DNA of 64,000 bases from Synergistales bacterium. Lineage in GTDB: Bacteria; Synergistota; Synergistia; Synergistales; Aminithiophilaceae. The notes under the pieces are model-generated. The model searched no databases and was not told where the DNA came from. It worked only from the letters and a program-made list of their open reading frames with translations. This document shows, one piece after another, positions 58,399-64,000 of the stretch; within the stretch, counting starts at the first letter, position 1, and every line of letters starts with the position of its first letter. The position numbers were made by a program, and so were the translations under genes. The stretch lies in NCBI GenBank assembly GCA_018433595.1, contig JAHDQY010000014.1, positions 2,793 to 66,792 on the forward strand, read 5' to 3'.

Positions 58399-60567
58399 TT
58401 GAAATGGAGATTGCAGTTGCGGGGAAAGATTACCGCTATCGTTCTGATCGTGGTGCTCGCTGTCCTGGCCGTCATCGTCGGCGCCATCACCTATCTGAAC
58501 CGCGAAGAAAGCATGGAACAGGCCCGCGACCTCGCTCTCAGCCACTCCCGGGAATTGGCAAGCGTGGTGCAGCTGGAGTTTGAACGGGCTCTTGATGTGG
58601 CCCGGTCCCTGGCTTATTTCCTCGAAGGGTTGGGTGCCAGCTCCAATCTCGACCGGGGCCTTGTCAACGAAGTGCTTGCCCAGACCTTGAGGCGGAATCC
58701 CCACTTTTTCGGGATCTGGACCTGCTGGGAGCCCAATGCCTTCGACGGGCGGGACAGGGATTTCGCCGGCATGACGGGGCACGATGGGACGGGACGTTTC
58801 ATCCCCTACTGGCACCGCGACGGCGAGAAAATCGTCCTGGAGCCCCTGGCCGGATATGACGTGCCCGGCGACGGCGACTACTACCTGAAGGCGATGGAAC
58901 GGGGCAGGGAAACGATCCTGGAGCCCTACGGGTATGCGGTGGGGAGTCGGTCGATGAAGATGACGACGTTGACCGTGCCCGTTGAGGTGCAAGGCAAGAG
59001 AGTCGGTGCTGTCGGCGTCGACATTGCCCTTGACTCCATCCAGGAAATGACGGCGATGATGAAGCTTTACGAGACAGGCTTCGGCCGCCTTTTGACTCAT
59101 AAGGGTATCGTGGCCAGCCAGCCCAACCGGGACCGCATCGGCGAGATGGCCGGTGAGACTCAGGGGTCGGAAGGCGACGAAGTGCTCAGACGCATCGCCC
59201 GCGGCGAAAGCTGGTTTGAGGAGGCGTGGTCGCCGGTGCTGAAACAGACGGTCTACAAGGGCTTCGCTCCCGTAGAGGTCGGTGACACGGGCACGCCCTG
59301 GAACTTCAGCACTGTCATTCCGAAAAAGGAGGTGCTGGCCGCCGCGAACCGGACTCTTTTCCTCTCCGTCGTCCTGGCCGGGACAGGGCTTCTGGCCATT
59401 ATCGTCGCCGTCTGGCTCATTGCCGGACGGATCGTCAGACCGGTCAAGAAAGTCGCCGAGATGGCTGCCAGGGCCCAGGGAGGCGACCTCACCATAACCC
59501 GCGAGGAATTCGCCATCCGCTCGGCCGACGAGCTGGGGCTCATGGCCGATGCCCTTGCCTCCATGGTCCGGGCTCAGGCCGAGACGGTCTCTCAGATCCG
59601 CCAGACCGCCGAGGCCGTTTCGGAGACGTCGGCTTCCTTGGCGGCCCTCTCCCAGGAGACGAACGCCTCCATGGAGGAGGTCCGAGGCAGTCTTGACCAG
59701 GCCTCGGAGCTTTCCGAATCGAACGGCGCCTCCATCGAGGAGACGACGGCCTCCGTTCAGGAGATGGCAGGCAGCGCCCAGACGATGGCCAGGGTCGCCG
59801 CCGAGGGTGCGGCGGCGGGTGCGAAGGCGGGGACGACGGCCTCCGCCTCCGTCGAGAAGGTTCAGGCTGTGGTCCGTGACCTTGGGGCGGTGGAGGGGAA
59901 ATCGCGGGAGAGCGTCGAGGTCATGAGCCATCTCGCGACAGCAGTCAAGGATATCGCCGGCTTTGTCGGCGTTATCAGCTCCATCGCCGATCAGACGAAC
60001 CTGCTGGCGTTGAACGCGGCCATCGAAGCCGCCCGGGCCGGCGACGCCGGACGGGGCTTCGCCGTCGTCGCCGAAGAGGTCCGAAAACTGGCGGAAGAGT
60101 CCAATCGCGCCGCCTCCGAGGTCTCCGGGCTTATCGGAGAGCTGGAGAAGAGCACTCGGGACTCCATCGCCGTTACGGAAGAGGCCGGCACGATCATGAA
60201 GGAGACCGTCGCACGGGCCGATGAGGCCGGACGGGAGCTTCAGATCGCCCTGGGGGAGATCGGCAACGTTATTGAGTCGATCGACAGTGCGGCTGCCACG
60301 TCGCAGGAGCAGGCCGCCTCGAGCGAGGAGATGGCTGCGGCCATGGATCAGATCTCCGGGGGGACGGTGCGCATTTCCGAGCTGATCCGCTCCATCGACA
60401 ACGCCTCGGAGGAGACCTCGAAGGCTGCCGAGGGGGTTGCCCGTCAGGCCCAGGAGATGAGCCTCAGAGGCGAGGAGCTGCTCTCGCAGATAACCCGATT
60501 CAAGGTGGAGCGGGAAGCGACGGCGGGTCTTGCCCCTCTGGCGAGCGGCGAAAGACGGCTGTCCTGA
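58399..60567 (+). CDS. methyl-accepting chemotaxis protein with extracytoplasmic Cache-type sensor and HAMP
   Basis: 722 aa with TM1, a roughly 280-aa periplasmic domain, TM2 and HAMP. The highly conserved signalling hairpin is '[38 protein letters not shown]'. Confidence 0.9.
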   Translation: MKWRLQLRGKITAIVLIVVLAVLAVIVGAITYLNREESMEQARDLALSHSRELASVVQLEFERALDVARSLAYFLEGLGASSNLDRGLVNEVLAQTLRRNPHFFGIWTCWEPNAFDGRDRDFAGMTGHDGTGRFIPYWHRDGEKIVLEPLAGYDVPGDGDYYLKAMERGRETILEPYGYAVGSRSMKMTTLTVPVEVQGKRVGAVGVDIALDSIQEMTAMMKLYETGFGRLLTHKGIVASQPNRDRIGEMAGETQGSEGDEVLRRIARGESWFEEAWSPVLKQTVYKGFAPVEVGDTGTPWNFSTVIPKKEVLAAANRTLFLSVVLAGTGLLAIIVAVWLIAGRIVRPVKKVAEMAARAQGGDLTITREEFAIRSADELGLMADALASMVRAQAETVSQIRQTAEAVSETSASLAALSQETNASMEEVRGSLDQASELSESNGASIEETTASVQEMAGSAQTMARVAAEGAAAGAKAGTTASASVEKVQAVVRDLGAVEGKSRESVEVMSHLATAVKDIAGFVGVISSIADQTNLLALNAAIEAARAGDAGRGFAVVAEEVRKLAEESNRAASEVSGLIGELEKSTRDSIAVTEEAGTIMKETVARADEAGRELQIALGEIGNVIESIDSAAATSQEQAASSEEMAAAMDQISGGTVRISELIRSIDNASEETSKAAEGVARQAQEMSLRGEELLSQITRFKVEREATAGLAPLASGERRLS

Positions 60568-60571
60568 AGTC

Positions 60572-60621
60572 CTTAAGATCACGAGGCCGGAGCCTTAAGG
60601 CTCCGGCCTCGTGATCTTAAG
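60572..60621. terminator. bidirectional terminator, 23-bp perfect palindrome
   Basis: CTTAAGATCACGAGGCCGGAGCC-ttaa-GGCTCCGGCCTCGTGATCTTAAG lies between the convergent stop codons at 60567 and 60630. Confidence 0.7.
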
Positions 60622-60629
60622 GCGAGATG

Positions 60630-62735
60630 TCAGATCGGTTCCCATCGCTCCAGAAATCGGGCGAACGCTTCCGCCCAGCGGGGGTCGAACTGACTTCCGG
60701 CACAGAGACGGATCTCGGCGACGGCCTCCCCGTGGCTTCGGGGGGAGGCGTAGGTGCGTCCCGTCATGGCCTCGTAGGCGCCGACGAGGCTCATGACGCG
60801 GCTTTCCAGGGGAATGGCCTCGCCGGCCAGGGGGGTCTTGCGGAAGGGGTAGCCCCGGCCGTCCCAGCGCTGGTGGTGATGAAGGATGGCTTCGGCCAGA
60901 TCGGCCAGGTGCGGGATGGCCGAGGCGATGCGATAGCCGATTTCGGGGTGGCTCCGTACGGCCCGGCGCTCCTCTTCGGTGAGAGACCCTCTCTTTCCGA
61001 GAAGATCGGCGTCGACGCCGGCGAAGCCGATGTCGTGAAGCGAGGCCAGCCGGGCCATGCGTTCCCGGAAAGAGTCATCGATCCCGGGCCGGGCGATCAG
61101 GAAGGTCTCCATGATGGCCCGGCATCTCTCCATATGGCTGATGCGGCGCCGTTCACGGCGGCGGATTCTCCGGAGGAAGATGTCGAGGATTCCCTTCTGA
61201 GTGTCGGCGCGGCGCTGCTCCTTGCGGGCGTACATCCGCTCGTCGGCGTCCTTGACGATCTCTTCCAGACTGCGTCGGGCCGCATCTCCCCTGGCAATGC
61301 CCCAGGCCATGTAGAGGGGGATGTCGTCCCCGTCGTCCTGGCTTTCCCTGAGTCGGGTCTTGAGCTGCTCTTCCAGCGCTCTTTCCCGGTCGCCGCCGCT
61401 TTGTGGGAGGATGAGGGCGAATTCGTCGCCGCCGATGCGGGCCGCGATATCGTCGGGCCCCGCCGCCTCGCGAAGGATCCGGGCCGCTTTTTCGATGAGC
61501 CTGTCTCCCCAGTGGTGCCCCAGCCCGTCGTTGATCAGCTTGAGGCCGTTGATGTCGCACATGACGACGGTCACGGGGTCCCTGTCTCCCCGGGCCAGCC
61601 GCGCGAGTTCTTCATCGAAGAACACCCGGTTGTGAAGTCCCGTCAGGGGGTCCCGGATCCCCCGCTCCCGGATTTCGTCGATGGAGGCGTTCACGGCTTT
61701 TTTGAGGCTGTTCGCGGCCCGGGCGATGCCGCGGATCTCTTCGGGCAGGCCGGAGAGGCCTTCTTCCGGGAGGAGGGCATAGGTCCCCTTTTTTACGGAG
61801 GAGAGGCTCGTCGCCAGAACGTCGAGGGATCGGGAGATGCGTCGGGAAAGGAGGACGAAAAGTCCCGTTCCCATCCCCCCCAGAAGGAGGATGGCCGCGA
61901 TCGTCGCCCGGGCGATGCGGCGTGACCCGGCCCGGACCTCTTCCAGGCTGAGGACTCCTCCCACGAAGAGGCTGCCCTGGGAGACGGGGACGACGTAGAG
62001 AAAGGCGGGCTTTCCCGAAGAGTCCAGGGTCTCCGTCAGGAGAGAGCCCTTCTTCCGGGTCGCCTCGCCGTCGAAGCCGGCGGAGGCGTCCGACGGGAGA
62101 TCGAAGCGCTCCAGGTCGAGGTCGGAGCCGTTGAAGAGCCGGAAACGGCCCGACTGGCCGAACCTGTGGCTTGAGATCGTGGCGGCCAGATGGTCCAGCT
62201 GGACGGCGCCGAGGATCAGGCCGTCGAAGCTCTTTTCCCGCATGAGGGGGACGGCGAAGGCGATGACGGGCTCTCCCGAGACGCGGTCGATGAGGATGGA
62301 AGAAACCGCCTCCTCGCCTCGTCGGGCGGCCTGAAAATAGGTCCGGTCCGTGAAGGAGAGGGAGGTCGCCGGCATGACTCCCAGGTCGCTGTCCACGACA
62401 GGATAGCCTCGGGCGTCGATGTAGGTCAGGCTTGCCAGGTCGGCCCGGCCTTCGATGACGGTCCTGAAATCGTCCAGCATGGTCTGAAAATCTCTGGCGC
62501 GGACCGAGGAGAGTCCGGCAAGGGTGCGGACCTCCTCGATCATGTTGCGCTCGAACCACCGATCCAGATGGGAGACCTGAAGCCCGACGGCGTTTTCCAT
62601 GGCCCTGACGGCCGCCTCCCTGTCCCGGCTTTGTTCCACCCGGACGAGAAAGAGAACCGGGGCGGCCGTGGCGGCGACGAGAACGGCAAGGATCACGAAA
62701 AAGGTTTTTCGGACGCTGTCGGGAAAGGGTCTCAT
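60630..62735 (-). CDS. sensor diguanylate cyclase / HD-GYP phosphodiesterase (Cache-like sensor + GGDEF + HD-GYP)
   Basis: 701 aa. 'DPLTGLHNRVFFDEEL...RIGGDEFALIL' is the GGDEF domain. 'LHDIGFAGV...HPEIGYRI...HHHQRWDGRGYP' is the HD-GYP domain. The N-terminus has TM, periplasmic domain and TM. Confidence 0.85.
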   Translation of the reverse strand: MRPFPDSVRKTFFVILAVLVAATAAPVLFLVRVEQSRDREAAVRAMENAVGLQVSHLDRWFERNMIEEVRTLAGLSSVRARDFQTMLDDFRTVIEGRADLASLTYIDARGYPVVDSDLGVMPATSLSFTDRTYFQAARRGEEAVSSILIDRVSGEPVIAFAVPLMREKSFDGLILGAVQLDHLAATISSHRFGQSGRFRLFNGSDLDLERFDLPSDASAGFDGEATRKKGSLLTETLDSSGKPAFLYVVPVSQGSLFVGGVLSLEEVRAGSRRIARATIAAILLLGGMGTGLFVLLSRRISRSLDVLATSLSSVKKGTYALLPEEGLSGLPEEIRGIARAANSLKKAVNASIDEIRERGIRDPLTGLHNRVFFDEELARLARGDRDPVTVVMCDINGLKLINDGLGHHWGDRLIEKAARILREAAGPDDIAARIGGDEFALILPQSGGDRERALEEQLKTRLRESQDDGDDIPLYMAWGIARGDAARRSLEEIVKDADERMYARKEQRRADTQKGILDIFLRRIRRRERRRISHMERCRAIMETFLIARPGIDDSFRERMARLASLHDIGFAGVDADLLGKRGSLTEEERRAVRSHPEIGYRIASAIPHLADLAEAILHHHQRWDGRGYPFRKTPLAGEAIPLESRVMSLVGAYEAMTGRTYASPRSHGEAVAEIRLCAGSQFDPRWAEAFARFLERWEPI

Positions 62736-62862
62736 GGGCGGCGCCTCCCGGGATCGAGTCGTGTCGTCTGGATCGCTTTTTAAATCATACCTCCTTCAAA
62801 CTATACTCCCTAAACCCGGCAAACCGCCAGAGGCGAATCCTTTCAGTCTCCGAGGCCGTCGC

Positions 62863-64000
62863 CTACCGGCCGATGAGTTTTTTGACGGCGTTGCGGATGA
62901 CGTCGAGTTCCGTCCCGTAGAGTCCCTTCAGCTCCTTGAGAGGGGCGTCGAGAGGGGCGTCGGCGGGCCAGGGCGAGTTTTCCAGGATGGCGGCCGGATC
63001 GAGGCCGTAGAGGGCGGCCAGGTCGCGCAGGGTCTGGGAGCCGCGGATTTCGTCGGGGTTGGGGAGTTTGTCCGCCGGTGCGGAGGCCGCGCCCTCAGGA
63101 CGCTCCCTGAGGTAGAGGGAGATCCGCTCCTTCAGCTCCTCGTCGTCGACGCCCTCCGCCTTTTTGAGGGAGAGGTTGCGGTCGATGTCGGCGTGAAGGC
63201 CGCCGGCGGCGATGATCTCCTCCGCCGTGAGGCCTACCGTTTCGGCGATCTGGTTGACGCTCATCCAGCCGTAGAGGGCTTCCGTGGGGTCGGCGATCCG
63301 GGTCTCTTTGGGGAGGGAGGCCGAGGTCCGCCAGAGCGAGGTGGTCCGTGCCAGGCCGTAGCCTCCGAAGAAGAGAGCCAGCCCCAGAAGTCCTGTGGCG
63401 GTGACGGAGAGGGCCTTTCTCCCGAGGCCGAAAAAGAGGGTCCCCTCGACGGGGCAGGCCTCGACGCAGCGGCCGCAGGCGAGACATTCGGCGCTTTTGA
63501 CGCTCTCGGCGGCCATCGGATCGAGGCCGACGGGGCAGCGGCGGCTGCAGGCGCCGCAGGAGATGCAGCCGTCGCCGTCGCGGCGGACCTTGATGAGGGC
63601 CAGCTTCTGCAGAGGGGCCAGAGAGGCGCCCAGGGGGCAGAGGTAGCGGCACCAGAAGCGCTCGATGAAGAGGGAGGCGCCGATGACGAGGCCGAAGAGG
63701 GCGACGTAGGCCCAGGGGCGCTCGGCCACCTCGGCCCAGCCGGCGGAGAGGTGCATCCAGGCCACCCAGGGATCGAAGTCGCGCCAGACGAGGGTTCCCA
63801 GCCTCCAGGTCCCGGTGATGATGGCCGCGAGGCCGACGTATTTGAGCCACCGCAGGGGCCTGTCGATGGAGGGGGGGAGTTCTCGGGGCCTGATGCCCAG
63901 CTTGCGCCCGGCCAGGGCCGTCCATTCGCCGATCGTCCCCAGAGGGCAGATCCAGCCGCAGAAGACGCGGCCGACGAGGAGAGTCATGACGACGACGATG
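62863..64000 (-). CDS. membrane polyferredoxin (NapH/MauN-like 4Fe-4S binding protein), 5' end outside the window
   Basis: 'FCGWICPLG', 'FWCRYLCPLG', 'CISCGACSRRCP' and 'CLACGRCVEACP' motifs with TM segments. The reading frame is open to the window edge. Confidence 0.65.
   Translation of the reverse strand, partial: IVVVMTLLVGRVFCGWICPLGTIGEWTALAGRKLGIRPRELPPSIDRPLRWLKYVGLAAIITGTWRLGTLVWRDFDPWVAWMHLSAGWAEVAERPWAYVALFGLVIGASLFIERFWCRYLCPLGASLAPLQKLALIKVRRDGDGCISCGACSRRCPVGLDPMAAESVKSAECLACGRCVEACPVEGTLFFGLGRKALSVTATGLLGLALFFGGYGLARTTSLWRTSASLPKETRIADPTEALYGWMSVNQIAETVGLTAEEIIAAGGLHADIDRNLSLKKAEGVDDEELKERISLYLRERPEGAASAPADKLPNPDEIRGSQTLRDLAALYGLDPAAILENSPWPADAPLDAPLKELKGLYGTELDVIRNAVKKLIGR

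Noticed and set aside
1-64000. Scan for rRNA, tRNA, tmRNA, RNase P, CRISPR arrays and large dispersed repeats
   Set aside because: None were recognised by eye. The only regularly spaced repeats are the heptamer array (1707-1741), the DnaA boxes and the low-complexity PAE-coding repeat. A covariance-model scan (tRNAscan-SE, Infernal/Rfam) would be needed to exclude small RNAs.

Overview
High-GC bacterial chromosome segment, about 65% G+C in hand-counted lines, that contains the replication origin. The dnaA-dnaN-recF-mnmG-dciA genes lie on the minus strand. Two clusters of perfect TTATCCACA DnaA boxes flank dnaA. Gene orientation diverges around 33 kb, with the minus strand dominant to the left and the plus strand to the right.

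Gene content suggests an amino-acid-fermenting diderm, possibly Synergistota. That placement is an inference from a Synerg-CTERM-like sorting tail, a TonB-dependent receptor, an aldehyde:ferredoxin oxidoreductase and many amino-acid transporters.

Main blocks:
1. An ilvH-ilvC-leuA-ilvB operon preceded by what looks like a classical leader-peptide attenuator.
2. An AT-rich, compositionally mosaic island at about 10.7-16.2 kb. It carries a histidine kinase fused to a solute-binding domain, a NarL-type regulator, a 26-codon membrane micro-ORF, a sodium:solute symporter and a BPL_N/glutamine-amidotransferase-fold protein.
3. A superoxide reductase flanked by two paralogous tail-less OB-fold (SSB/PriB-like) genes.
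4. A TAXI-TRAP transporter.
5. A cobalamin-riboswitch operon encoding an unknown surface-anchored beta-rich protein and a TonB-dependent receptor.
6. A candidate ornithine/proline catabolic locus: RpiR regulator, ornithine cyclodeaminase-family enzyme, PutP-like symporter, AOR-family oxidoreductase and a five-gene Fe-S/flavin dehydrogenase resembling the archaeal multi-subunit proline dehydrogenase, HcnABC and opine oxidase. Two of its promoters share a conserved 31-nt element.
7. An alpha-2-macroglobulin/PbpC pair.
8. An MCP gene and a Cache-GGDEF-HD-GYP gene.

I found no rRNA, tRNA, CRISPR array, transposase or integrase.

All family calls rest on motif recognition by eye. No database search or RNA folding was run. 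Many long ORFs in the track are antisense artefacts of the high G+C content.
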